Under the pieces are notes generated by a model. That model had not been told where the DNA came from, did not search any database, and saw only the letters and a list, made by a program, of their open reading frames with translations. Shown in pieces: positions 10,559 through 20,913 of a stretch of DNA of 58,396 bases. The stretch comes from an uncultured virus (IMG/VR IMGVR_UViG_2654587819_000003) (taxonomy: Monodnaviria > Sangervirae > Phixviricota > Malgrandaviricetes > Petitvirales > Microviridae): the IMG/VR virus record IMGVR_UViG_2654587819_000003; one strand, written 5' to 3'. Position 1 is the stretch's first letter, and each line of letters starts with the position of its first letter. Position numbers and translations under genes: made by a program.

Positions 10559-11014
10559 CTAGTTCGAATCTCGCTCGAGAGTCAGCATGTAGTCAGCTCG
10601 ACCGTCGTCGTCACGCCAGGCATCGGTGGCGAGTATGTCAGCCCAAGTTTGGCGTGATGGGTCTCGCGTGAGAACAGTCTGCCCATCCTGCACCTTTTCT
10701 ATCCATGGTCCTTTGCACGTCCGAATTCGCGTAACCGTCCACTCGTAGGACAGGCCTGGCATACCCGGCTCCTTATGCAAATATTCTTTGTAGAAGAACG
10801 GGTCAACCCCAAGCCACAGGTTGCCCTGCACCCATTGCCCGACTTTCGCAAACGGAGGTGGGCGCGACTCGCAGAACACCTTTATGCCGAAATCGAGAAC
10901 CCACGTGGTCGGCGTCGCGAAAATCACTTCTCCGGTAACGACATAGCCCGCCTCACCGACATGACGGCAATGCTTCGTACGCTCAGCGGAGGCCGTTAGG
11001 GAAGCCCTGCACAA
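10559..11014 (-). CDS. Hypothetical protein, 5' partial
   Basis: Open frame to the contig edge with globular composition (WVLDFGIKVF, LGVDPFFY). Confidence 0.6.
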   Translation of the reverse strand: MCRASLTASAERTKHCRHVGEAGYVVTGEVIFATPTTWVLDFGIKVFCESRPPPFAKVGQWVQGNLWLGVDPFFYKEYLHKEPGMPGLSYEWTVTRIRTCKGPWIEKVQDGQTVLTRDPSRQTWADILATDAWRDDDGRADYMLTLERDSN

Positions 11015-11114
11015 NNNNNNNNNNNNNNNNNNNNNNNNNNNNNNNNNNNNNNNNNNNNNNNNNNNNNNNNNNNNNNNNNNNNNNNNNNNNNNNNNNNNNN
11101 NNNNNNNNNNNNNN

Positions 11115-11889
11115 AGAGGTGCGCGAGCTGCAACGCCTGTTGGCCGGCCGTGGCTTCACCGCCCCGGACACGGGTGCATACGATGCGCCGACCACTGTGG
11201 CCGTGCGCGCCGCGCAAGCCCGGTTCGGCCTGGTGGTGGATGGCATCGCCGGCCCGAAGACGGTGCAGGCACTGCGCACCGGCGACCGGCAGCCCGGGCA
11301 CCTGACTGCAGCGGATCTGCGACGCGCGGCGGATGCGCTGGGCGTGTCGGTAGCGGCCGTGCGCACGGTCAACGAGGTTGAGAGCCGGGGGAGCGGGTTC
11401 CTGCCGGACGGGCGGCCCGTGATCCTGTTTGAACGGCATGTCATGTATCGCCAGCTCAAGGCCGCCGACAAGAACGCGGACGCGCTCGCAGCCCAGTATC
11501 CGAACATCGTGAACCCGCAGCGCGGCGGCTACGTGGGCAAGGCCGGCGAGCACACGCGGCTGGCCCAGGCCATCGCCATCGACCGCAGCTGTGCCCTCGC
11601 GTCGGCAAGCTGGGGCCTGTTCCAGATCATGGGCTATCAGTCCGAGCGGATCGGCTATCCGAGCGTGGATGCCTTCGTGCAGGCCATGCAGAGCGACGAG
11701 GGCGCCCAGCTCGACGCCTTCGTGCGGTTCGTGTCCGCCGATCCGGCATTGCATAAGGCGCTCGCCGGCGGGAAGTGGTCTGCCTTCGCGGCGCTCTTCA
11801 ACGGGCCGGCCTACAAGGACAACCTGTACGACGTGAAGCTGGCACGCACCTTCGAGCGATACCAGGCCGAAGAAAAGGAGGCCGCATGA
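11115..11889 (+). CDS. Phage endolysin: peptidoglycan-binding domain plus N-acetylmuramidase (DUF3380-type), 5' partial
   Basis: GLVVDGIAGPKT PG-binding motif; VNEVESRG, ILFERH and SASWGLFQIMG. Confidence 0.9.
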
Positions 11890-12001
11890 ACCGCGTGCTT
11901 GCTGCCCTGGGCGTGCTGGCCGCTGTCGCCGCCCTGGGCGTGTGGCTGGCGCACCGCTACGACGCGGCCGTCGATCGCGCCGACACGGCCGAGAAAACCG
12001 C
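11886..12001 (+). CDS. LysB/Rz-like spanin, 3' partial
   Basis: N-terminal TM helix; ATGA overlap with the endolysin. Confidence 0.7.
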
Positions 12002-12167
12002 NNNNNNNNNNNNNNNNNNNNNNNNNNNNNNNNNNNNNNNNNNNNNNNNNNNNNNNNNNNNNNNNNNNNNNNNNNNNNNNNNNNNNNNNNNNNNNNNNNN
12101 NAGTACTAAGCTTTGTGTCAGGAGAACGGACGCACGGGGACGTAGCGTCCGGGAGATAGGAGGGCAC

Positions 12168-13109
12168 TTGAACTTCAGGCGATTGCGGTACTTCGTAAAG
12201 ATTGTCGATGTGGGCAGCGTGACGCAGGCGGCTGATCTGCTGCACGTTGCGCAGCCGTCGCTGAGCCAGCAGATGGCCACTCTGGAAGGCGAAGTGCGGC
12301 AGCAGTTGCTGCTACGCACCAAACAGGGCGTGGTGCCCACCGAGGCGGGCAAGGTGCTGTATCGGCATGCCCAGGCGATCCTGCGCCAGGTCGATCAGGC
12401 CAAGGTCGAGATGAGGGCCGCCGGGCAGGGCCTCTCGGGTGCGGTCTCGGTCGGGCTCGCACCGGGCACCGCCGCGTCGACGCTGGCGTTGCCGTTGCTG
12501 CGTGCCGTGCGTGCGCGCCACCCCGGCATCGTGCTGTACCTGAACGAGACCTACGGCAGCACGCTGTCAGAACTGATCATGAACGGGCGCATGGACATGG
12601 CCGTGCTCTACGGCGGCATGACGGTGGTGCACGGGCTCTCGTTCCTGCCGCTGCTGCGCGAGCAGCTCTACGTGGTGGGCCCGGCCAGCATGCCGGCGCC
12701 GCCCGACGAGGTGCCGCTGTCCAAACTTGGCGAGATCGACCTGTACCTCGCGCGCCCGTACAACGTGGTGCGCCGGCTCGTTGACGAGGCGTTCAGCGCC
12801 ATCGGCATGGCGCCGAACGTGTCGGCCGAGATCGAATCGGCCGGCACGCTCAAGGCCATCGTCGCCGACGGGCTGGGCGCGACCATCCTGCCCGCCTCGA
12901 TGGCCAAGGAGGTGGCAACGTCGTGCGACGCCTGGCAGTGCCGCATCGTCGATCCGGTGATCGAGGCGCCGCTGGCGCTGTGCCAGTCGGGGCATCAGCC
13001 GTTGTCCGAGCCGGCCCAGGCCATCAAGGAAATCCTGCTGGAGCTCGTGGCCGGACTGACGGGAAATCTCCTGCCGAGCGACGTGCTGGAGCACCAGGAG
13101 ACGTCATAG
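12168..13109 (+). CDS. LysR-family regulator (Nac-like)
   Basis: TTG start. NFRRLRYFVKIVDVGSVTQAADLLHVAQPSLSQQ HTH and a LysR substrate-binding domain. Confidence 0.88.
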   Translation: MNFRRLRYFVKIVDVGSVTQAADLLHVAQPSLSQQMATLEGEVRQQLLLRTKQGVVPTEAGKVLYRHAQAILRQVDQAKVEMRAAGQGLSGAVSVGLAPGTAASTLALPLLRAVRARHPGIVLYLNETYGSTLSELIMNGRMDMAVLYGGMTVVHGLSFLPLLREQLYVVGPASMPAPPDEVPLSKLGEIDLYLARPYNVVRRLVDEAFSAIGMAPNVSAEIESAGTLKAIVADGLGATILPASMAKEVATSCDAWQCRIVDPVIEAPLALCQSGHQPLSEPAQAIKEILLELVAGLTGNLLPSDVLEHQETS

Positions 13110-13209
13110 GCGGCGTCATAAGCCGCGCCTATCGGGGCAAAGACAAACCGTCTTGGCGCTGGGAGGCCGAGGTCGATACTGTGTCCACAACAGCATCTCG
13201 TGGACAAAC

Positions 13210-13305
13210 ATGGACCTCTCGCAGATCAAGCAGCTCATCGACGTCATGGCGTCTTCGGACCTTGCCGAGATGAGCTTCAGCTATCAGGGGTGGGTCTTGA
13301 GGCTC
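13210..13305 (+). CDS. Biotin carboxyl carrier protein (AccB-like), N-terminal fragment
   Basis: MDLSQIKQLIDVMASSDLAEMSF. Confidence 0.7.
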
Positions 13306-13405
13306 NNNNNNNNNNNNNNNNNNNNNNNNNNNNNNNNNNNNNNNNNNNNNNNNNNNNNNNNNNNNNNNNNNNNNNNNNNNNNNNNNNNNNNNNNNNNNNN
13401 NNNNN

Positions 13406-13531
13406 CAGCGCACCTTCGCGGGGCCGATCAACTCGCCGCATCCGTTGCCGGTGTTTCCGCAGAGCGTGTGTGTCGAATGCCTGCTGCACGCGATGGGCAA
13501 GCAGCACGCCTTTGCGAGCAAGAACGGCTGA
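13406..13531 (+). CDS. T6SS VgrG C-terminal tail fragment
   Basis: RTFAGPINSPHPLPVFPQSVCVECLLHAM...-stop, directly upstream of a DUF4123 gene. Confidence 0.65.
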   Translation, partial: QRTFAGPINSPHPLPVFPQSVCVECLLHAMGKQHAFASKNG

Positions 13532-13546
13532 TCGAGGACCCGAACC

Positions 13547-14214
13547 ATGGCAACCCGCTTCCAGATCAGAGACCCGCGTCACAAGACCCCGGCCTGGGTC
13601 GACGCATACCCGCAGGACGCCGCCGATCAACTGCTCGCTGCATTGCCAGCGGATGGCGTCCATGCGCTGGTGGACAACGCCTACGACACCGACCTCGCAC
13701 GCCGATGCCGTCGCGGCTTTCCAACCTTGGCGCTGCAATCGATCTATGCGGGGCGCTACGAGGGGCCCGGCCTGGACGACATCGCCCCCACGCTGGTGCG
13801 TCTGCCGGACGGCCCGGCGGAGCGGCGCGCGTTCCTGGCGTTCCTGCTGAACGAAACGTCGGGCAAGCCGATGCTGAGTTTCCTGCAGGCGAGCGCACCG
13901 GCGGCCGATCCGTTGACCCATCTGCGCAACCGGATGGAGGCGGAGGATCACGAGGGCACGGCATTCGTGATCCGCGTGGCCGACACCAATGCGCTCGATG
14001 CCGTGCTGGCAGTCTTTGACGACGCGCAGCGCCGACGCCTCCTGGCAAACGTGCGGTGGTGGTACTTCCGGCGCGACGGCCGTCTGCAATGCGCCGGCCA
14101 CGCAACCGGCGAGCCTGACGATGCCGAGAGCTCGCCGTTCCGCTGCACCGCCGCGCAGATGCAGAAGCTGGACGCGCTGGCGCGTCCCGGGGCGATGCTC
14201 GGGTTCATCCAGAC
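13547..14214 (+). pseudogene. DUF4123 T6SS effector chaperone interrupted by an IS end
   Basis: HALVDNAY, IAPTLVRL, LSFL, LTHLR, VIRVADT and WWYFRRDG, then TGTTAACGCGCGAGCAGA from 14215. Confidence 0.72.
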
Positions 14215-14387
14215 TGTTAACGCGCGAGCAGANNNNNNNNNNNNNNNNNNNNNNNNNNNNNNNNNNNNNNNNNNNNNNNNNNNNNNNNNNNNNNNNNNNN
14301 NNNNNNNNNNNNNNNNNNNNNNNNNNNNNNNNTCCATTGCTCCCCGAACCCCGTATTCAACGACATCGTCACACTTAAGGTCCACAT

Positions 14388-15440
14388 ATGAACCGACGAC
14401 ACTTCTTGACTCAAGCCGGTGCACTGTACCTCGCAAGCACAACCATTAGTGGATGCAATTCTGACGCTGCGTCATGGCCTTCTGACGCCAGCATTAGGGC
14501 TGTGCCCGCGCTTAAAATGGGGGACGGTGTGGCGATCGTTGCGCCTGCTTCAACGGCGTCGGACAAGGTTGATGAAGCGGAGCGCTGGCTGACCTCGCGC
14601 GGCTTCGCGGCACGTGTAATGCCTGCAACCCGTGCCCCATTGGAAGCACCGTTCGAGTATCTGGCTGGCACCGACGATGCGCGACTGGGTGATTTACACG
14701 CGGCCTTCGCTGCACCCGACATAGGCGCAGTGTGGTGTCTGCGAGGCGGCTTCGGCTCATCACGATTGGTTGACAAAATTGACTATGCGCTGCTGCGCGC
14801 AAATCCGAAGCCTTTTATTGGATACAGCGACATCACCGCGCTGCATGCAGCCATTCAGCGACACGCGGGCTTCGTCACCTTCCATGGACCGATGCTGTCG
14901 TCAGACCTGCTGGTCAGCAAGCGCGCACCGACTGAGATGAATGTGTTCGCGATGATCAAGGGGGGCGTTGCGCCAGGCGAATGGATTGAGCCGCCGCCAG
15001 ATTGCGCCTTGGTAGTACTTGTGTCTGGCGCTGCAACTGGACGATTGGTCGGCGGCAATCTTTCCATGCATTGCAGTATGCTCGGCACGCCGTACGAGGT
15101 CGATACCGCCGACACGATCCTCTTCATCGAAGATGTCGGCGAGACACCGTCAAGGATTGACCGACTGCTGACGCAACTACGACTAGCCGGTAAGCTATCT
15201 ACCGTCAAAGGGGTGCTGGTAGGGAGCTTCACAGAGCTTGGCCAACACCCTGAAGATCTCGTCGATCCGTCCGTGCTGCACCCGCTGCTTCGCCAGACAT
15301 TTGAACCGCTTGGCATCCCAGTGCTTGCCGGTTGGCCAAGCGGCCACGGCGATCCGAATCTGACACTACCGCTCGGTGCGCAAGTCAGGATTGATACCAC
15401 GCGCCGTGCTTTGCGACTCGAACAGCCCGTTGCGATTTAA
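14388..15440 (+). CDS. LD-carboxypeptidase (peptidase S66) with Tat/lipoprotein signal
   Basis: MNRRHFL...TISG/C; CLRGGFGS, FIGYSDITAL, TFHGPM, GGNLS, LFIEDVGE and GHG. Confidence 0.92.
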   Translation: MNRRHFLTQAGALYLASTTISGCNSDAASWPSDASIRAVPALKMGDGVAIVAPASTASDKVDEAERWLTSRGFAARVMPATRAPLEAPFEYLAGTDDARLGDLHAAFAAPDIGAVWCLRGGFGSSRLVDKIDYALLRANPKPFIGYSDITALHAAIQRHAGFVTFHGPMLSSDLLVSKRAPTEMNVFAMIKGGVAPGEWIEPPPDCALVVLVSGAATGRLVGGNLSMHCSMLGTPYEVDTADTILFIEDVGETPSRIDRLLTQLRLAGKLSTVKGVLVGSFTELGQHPEDLVDPSVLHPLLRQTFEPLGIPVLAGWPSGHGDPNLTLPLGAQVRIDTTRRALRLEQPVAI

Positions 15441-15536
15441 CCGATTCGGGCAGGCTTTTATGTGTCAGTTTGCAGTTCTTTCGAGCAGGAAATCGTGTCG
15501 ATTGCAAGCACGGCCGGGTTCGAATGCAAGCAACTA

Positions 15537-15557
15537 GGGGGCCGGCCAAGATAAGCC
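15537..15557 (+). mobile_element. Start of a Tn3-family terminal inverted repeat (continues at 29478)
   Basis: GGGGGCCGGCCAAGATAAGCC is identical to 29478-29498. Confidence 0.65.
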
Positions 15558-15657
15558 NNNNNNNNNNNNNNNNNNNNNNNNNNNNNNNNNNNNNNNNNNN
15601 NNNNNNNNNNNNNNNNNNNNNNNNNNNNNNNNNNNNNNNNNNNNNNNNNNNNNNNNN

Positions 15658-16193
15658 GGGCATCATGGCCTGGCGTCGTGTTGAAGCCACCATTGGCCTG
15701 GGCCAGGAATGCCGTCGACAGTCCGTGCTTGATGCCGCCGGCGACGACAGTGCCGAGCGGCTCCCGAAGGTCCAGAACGCGAGGGGCTTGGCCCTCGCGT
15801 TCTCCATAGCCGAGCTGGATCAGGCTCGCCGCGGCCAGGCCGAGTGCGTGTGCCGCGCCGGCCGGTCGCTTTGCGCCGCCGCCCGACGTGATCGTGGGGC
15901 ACGGTTCCGTAACGGCCTGGCCGATGTGGTCGCCGCGGAACTTCACAAGGTGGGCCGCAGCGATCGCAAATGAACCGCCCTTCGGGGTGGCCGTGATAGT
16001 GCGCAGCGATTCACGAATACCGTGCACCGGTTCGCTGCCGTTGTAGTGCGCGATTGGCACGATGAACGGGTCGCCACTGTCGAGCACGAACTTCTTCATG
16101 CCCTTGGCAATTCGGCGCATCGTGGCCTCGGCCAGCGGCTTCTTGCGATCGAAGATCGACGGGCAGGGGATATTCCAGTCGATGTTGTCGGCC
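15658..16193 (-). CDS. Phage C5 DNA cytosine methyltransferase, middle fragment
   Basis: IDWNIPCPSIFDRKKPLAEATMRRIAKG..., QLGYGEREGQAPRVLDL. Joins 20268 by a 21-nt overlap. Confidence 0.85.
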
Positions 16194-16293
16194 NNNNNNN
16201 NNNNNNNNNNNNNNNNNNNNNNNNNNNNNNNNNNNNNNNNNNNNNNNNNNNNNNNNNNNNNNNNNNNNNNNNNNNNNNNNNNNNNNNNNNNNN

Positions 16294-17042
16294 GCCCCCC
16301 CCCCCTGCCAGTCGTAGCCGATGCGCAGCACCGGCACGCGACCGGCCGCGCGCATCAGGAAATCGAGATCGGCCCCTTCGGGATCGGTCGGACTCATCCA
16401 GACCAGCGGACCGCGCAGTGCGTCGATCAGGCGCCGCATGGCGCGCAACCGCACCGGAATCGGATCGGATGCGCCCGACAGCAGCCGCCAGAATGTCAGC
16501 ACGATGCGCGACTCGGTCCCGAGAAAGCGCTCGGACAATTGCGCGTAGGTGCGCTCGAGCGCGGCGGACAGTGCCGCCTCCAGCGCGTCGTGCCGCCCGT
16601 CGGTCTCGCTGTCGGCGGCATCGAGCGTGAGCCAGCGTTGCGACAGCTCGTCCGAGACCGTCACCAGCACCTGCGCCACGCCCCATAAGGCCGCATCGTC
16701 CTGGGCGCCCAGCGCCTCGCGCAGCCATGCCTGCGTCTTCAGCGCCTGCTGCACTGCCAGCAGGCGCGACAGCGGGCTGCGCGCGGCGGGCAAGCCCGGC
16801 TCCGGCGGCAGATCGAGCAACCAGTGCCCCAGCGTCAAGATGCGCGGCAGCAGGCGCGGCACGCCGCCCGCCTGGGCACTGGCATGCAGGGCGCCACGCA
16901 CGCCGGGAATCTGCGCGGCGGTCGGCACCACGACCACCCCGGTGCCTGGGGCCTGCGCGGCATGGGCGTCGAAGAAGCGCCACGCGGCATCGGCGGCGTG
17001 CGACAGGAATGCTGGGCCGGGCGCGAAAGCAAGCGTCTGCAT
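16294..17042 (-). CDS. AddB-like PD-(D/E)XK nuclease family protein, N-terminal fragment
   Basis: VVVVPTAAQ...LLPRILTL; divergent from trxA as in Burkholderiaceae. Confidence 0.65.
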
Positions 17043-17241
17043 GCAGGCGGGACGGGGAAAAAGGATGCGGCCGGGGCTATCGGCGCGATAGAGAAAATCA
17101 ACGTTGAAAATGGCGGCGTCGGTACTATATCAGCAGCCTCCGCCGCGGCCGCGCCCCGAACGCACGCCGTCCGGCGTAATCGTGTAATGTATGGGTTCGG
17201 CGCCAGGCGCCAGCTTTAACGAAATAACAGAGGTTCCCGCC

Positions 17242-17568
17242 ATGAGCGAACAGATCAAGTATGTGAGCGACGCGTCCTTCGAAGCCGACGTGCTCAAGTC
17301 CGACAAACCCGTGCTCGTCGATTTCTGGGCGGAGTGGTGCGGCCCCTGCAAGATGATCGCCCCGATCCTCGACGAAGTCTCGAAGGACTACGCTGACAAG
17401 GTGCAGATCGCCAAGCTCAACGTCGATGAGAACGCAGGCGTTCCGGCCAAGTTCGGCATCCGCGGCATCCCGACGCTGATCCTGTTCAAGAACGGCGCCG
17501 TGGCTGCGCAGAAGGTGGGCGCACTGTCCAAGTCGCAGCTGACCGCCTTCCTGGACAGCCACCTCTAA
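17242..17568 (+). CDS. trxA: Thioredoxin 1
   Basis: [13 protein letters not shown] and GIRGIPTL, 108 aa. Confidence 0.97.
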   Translation: MSEQIKYVSDASFEADVLKSDKPVLVDFWAEWCGPCKMIAPILDEVSKDYADKVQIAKLNVDENAGVPAKFGIRGIPTLILFKNGAVAAQKVGALSKSQLTAFLDSHL

Positions 17569-17915
17569 ACCGCATCACCGGACGGCGCGGAACCGTTTCC
17601 CGCCGCCGGTCGCGCGCGCCGGCNNNNNNNNNNNNNNNNNNNNNNNNNNNNNNNNNNNNNNNNNNNNNNNNNNNNNNNNNNNNNNNNNNNNNNNNNNNNN
17701 NNNNNNNNNNNNNNNNNNNNNNNCGGCCTGGTCGCCACGCTGATCGTGGTCAAGCCGGCAGGCCGCCACGTGCACACCGTGACCGCCTGACGTTCCGCAA
17801 CGCCCGGCCCGACGGCCGGGCGACATCGTTGCGCCGGAGCACCGCGGACTTGCCGCACGGCGCCGCGCGCAACGCTGACGACGGCCCGTCTCCGGTAATG
17901 CCGATCAGTTAAGGC

Positions 17916-17954
17916 AAAAAAGGCCGCCCCGATTGACGTCGGGGCGGCCTTTTT
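17916..17954. terminator. Bidirectional intrinsic terminator
   Basis: AAAAAAGGCCGCCCCGA-ttgacg-TCGGGGCGGCCTTTTT. Confidence 0.85.
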
Positions 17955-18444
17955 CCTTGTTGACTCAGTTCGCGTTGCTGCGAGCCAGCCAAGTCACGCT
18001 TAACTGAACCGCATTAGCCCCCTCTCCGGGGCCGCGCCCGGCCGGCGAACCGGCCCGGCACATCCCCCCTCCCCTTCCGCCCTCCCGCATGCACCGGTGC
18101 AGCACTGGACGCCGGACGGCTGGCGCATATCGAAGTACGGAAGTGCGGAAGCGCGCCACCACAGCGCGCATTTGCCGCATTGACTTGCTGCAGCGCATCA
18201 CGCTATTAGCCGCCTGCCTTCCGATGCCCGCCGGCCACATGCCGGCACACCATCCCTGCACTGAACCGGCGTAACGCCTGACTCTGGACGGGTCGCGGGG
18301 CCATTCCGCACCGTCATGCCCGGGTTCTGTCCGCGCAACAACACCCCTCTTCGCGCCGCACCGCAGCATCGCTTTCTATGAGACGATTCCTGCCGCACAG
18401 GCCGGCTCGCCTGGCCGTTGTATCTAGCTGTTCAGTTAAACGCC

Positions 18445-18542
18445 ATGCATACCCACAACCCCAACGAATCCAAAGCCCGCGCCATCTTCCGGGTCGTCAG
18501 CGGCAACTTCCTAGAGATGTTCGACTTCATGGTCTACGGCTA
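18445..18542 (+). CDS. MFS citrate/H+ symporter (CitA-like), N-terminal fragment
   Basis: AIFRVVSGNFLEMFDFMVYG. Confidence 0.8.
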
Positions 18543-18642
18543 NNNNNNNNNNNNNNNNNNNNNNNNNNNNNNNNNNNNNNNNNNNNNNNNNNNNNNNNNN
18601 NNNNNNNNNNNNNNNNNNNNNNNNNNNNNNNNNNNNNNNNNN

Positions 18643-19167
18643 CCCGCCGCCCCCTCGTTCCTCGACATCGCCGAGCGCGATGAACGCGTCATCTGCGTCA
18701 ACTCGTTCTCCAAGTCCTGGCTGATGACGGGCTGGCGCCTCGGCTGGATGGTGCTGCCCACCGCCCTCACCGACGACCTGGGCAAGCTGATCGAATACAA
18801 CACGTCGTGCGCGCCGGCCTTCGTGCAGGAAGCCGGCGTCGTGGCCGCGCGCGACGGCGAAGACTTTGTCCGCAGCGAAACCGCGCGGCTGCGCACGGCG
18901 CGCGATCACCTGGTCGCCGCGCTCTGCGCGGTGCCCGGCGTGGACGTGCATGTGCCGGAAGGCGCCATGTACGTGTTCTTCCGCGTGCCGGGCGCGCAGG
19001 ACAGCCTGGCGCTGTGCAAGCAACTGGTGCGCGAGGCGAGGCTCGGGCTCGCGCCCGGCAGCGCGTTCGGGCCCGAGGGGGAAGGGTTCGTGCGGTGGTG
19101 CTACGCGTGCGATGTGGAGCGGCTCACCGCGGGTGTGGAACGGCTGCGGGGGTTTCTGGGAGTGTAG
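18643..19167 (+). CDS. PLP-dependent aminotransferase class I/II, 5' partial
   Basis: NSFSKSWLMTGWRLGW, PEGAMYVF and GLAPGSAFG. Confidence 0.9.
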   Translation, partial: PAAPSFLDIAERDERVICVNSFSKSWLMTGWRLGWMVLPTALTDDLGKLIEYNTSCAPAFVQEAGVVAARDGEDFVRSETARLRTARDHLVAALCAVPGVDVHVPEGAMYVFFRVPGAQDSLALCKQLVREARLGLAPGSAFGPEGEGFVRWCYACDVERLTAGVERLRGFLGV

Positions 19168-19527
19168 CCCCCAAGAGCTTGAGTGCGATGGCTGGCGCTT
19201 GCCCTTTGAGCGCCACGTTTTTTCCGCCGATGGGCCCTGCCATGCAAGGCTGGCCATCTTCGCCGTGATCCGCACTGCCGGTGGAAGCTGTTGGGCTACC
19301 GCTAATGGTAAGACGGTAGGCAAATACAAATGGCGCCGGCAAGAGGCCACCCCGGTTTAACGTCGAGGTCACCCACGCCGACCAAGGAGGACGGGGCGAC
19401 CGCCGGCCACCGCGAGGCCCACCGACGNNNNNNNNNNNNNNNNNNNNNNNNNNNNNNNNNNNNNNNNNNNNNNNNNNNNNNNNNNNNNNNNNNNNNNNNN
19501 NNNNNNNNNNNNNNNNNNNNNNNNNNN

Positions 19528-19729
19528 CGCGCGAGATGTGCTCGGCATTGAGCTCTTGGCCGGCGGCCTTGATGGCTGGCCGCTCAGCGTCCAGCATCTG
19601 CAGTGCCGCACGCATGTGCTCAATCTCTTTGAGGCGCGCACGGTGGCGCTCGTTTTCACGGGCGATAGCCTGCTCGTACAGCGGCAAGGCGTTCATTTCC
19701 TCGTAGGAGAGGGACTTTTTCGCTTTCAT
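19528..19729 (-). CDS. Phage hypothetical protein, 3' partial
   Basis: MKAKKSLSYEEMNALPLYEQAIARE; ATGA overlap with the upstream gene. Confidence 0.6.
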
Positions 19730-20100
19730 GCCGCCACCTCGCGACGCTGCGGTTGTTCCCAGCCTTCGGCCTGCGCAATGTGGGCTGGCACAACGAAGAA
19801 CACCGCGCGCGCCACGCCTGGCAGCGCCAAGCTGTAGTGCAGATGGCGATGCGTCGATGCGAGCAATTTCGGCTTGATGCCGTGAGCGTTCAGAAAGCGC
19901 AGGGCGGCGGCATGATTCAGCGCGCTCAACTGGAGATCTCCGCCGAGCGGGTCGATCAGGCGCAGATTGACGCCGGCACGGTGGGCGATGCTGAGGAATT
20001 CGCCGATGGCGTCAATGCTGCCGGCGAGCCGTTCAATGGTGCTGCGTCGACGCGCGATTTCCTCGTCGAGTTCCTTGAGCAGGCGTTCGGAGTGGCGCAT
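19726..20100 (-). CDS. Phage hypothetical protein
   Basis: Closely packed early-operon ORF ending REVAA. Confidence 0.6.
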   Translation of the reverse strand: MRHSERLLKELDEEIARRRSTIERLAGSIDAIGEFLSIAHRAGVNLRLIDPLGGDLQLSALNHAAALRFLNAHGIKPKLLASTHRHLHYSLALPGVARAVFFVVPAHIAQAEGWEQPQRREVAA

Positions 20101-20267
20101 GGCGGCGGGCCTCACGATTGCTGGCGAGCGGCGTGCACGCGCAGGTCGGCCTGCGCCTCTTCATCGANNNNNNNNNNNNNNNNNNNNNNNNNNNNNNNNN
20201 NNNNNNNNNNNNNNNNNNNNNNNNNNNNNNNNNNNNNNNNNNNNNNNNNNNNNNNNNNNNNNNNNNN

Positions 20268-20811
20268 CGACGCCAGGCCATGATGCCCGCGCCCCTGTCT
20301 CGACCATCACCAACACAGGCAGTCAGCAGCAGCTCGTGACTGCCAACCTGGTGACATTGCGGAGGAACTGCGACGCGCGCGGCGTGGCGGAACCCCTGAC
20401 AACGATCACGGCCGGCGCTGAACACCATGGCCTCGTCGAGTACCAGCTGAGCCGAGAGCACGAGGAAGGGGCCCTGCGGTGTGCCGCGTTCCTCATCAGC
20501 TATTACGGCACAGACAACATGCGCGGGCTGGACGAGCCCCTGACCACGATCACCACCCGCGACCGGCTGGCGCTGGTGACTGTGTGGATCAAGGGCGAGG
20601 CATGGGTAGTGGTCGACATCGGGCTCCGAATGCTGACCCCTCGAGAACTCTACAACTGCCAGGGTTTCCCTCACGGCTACATCATCGACCGGGGCGCCGA
20701 CGGGCGCGTTTTCAGCAAGAGCGCCCAGGTGAAGATGGTTGGGAACAGTGTCAGCCCGCGGCCCGGCAAGGCGCTGATCTCCCTCAATTGCATGGACTTG
20801 GCGGCGTGGAC
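20268..20811 (+). CDS. Phage C5 DNA cytosine methyltransferase, C-terminal fragment
   Basis: DIGLRMLTPRELYNCQGFP (motif IX) and QVKMVGNSVSP (motif X). Confidence 0.9.
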
Positions 20812-20913
20812 NNNNNNNNNNNNNNNNNNNNNNNNNNNNNNNNNNNNNNNNNNNNNNNNNNNNNNNNNNNNNNNNNNNNNNNNNNNNNNNNNNNNNNNNN
20901 NNNNNNNNNNNTA

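Noticed and set aside
17960..18440. Long intergenic region before the citA-like gene as a riboswitch or sRNA
   Set aside because: No recognisable conserved RNA motif; the overlapping ORFs look spurious.
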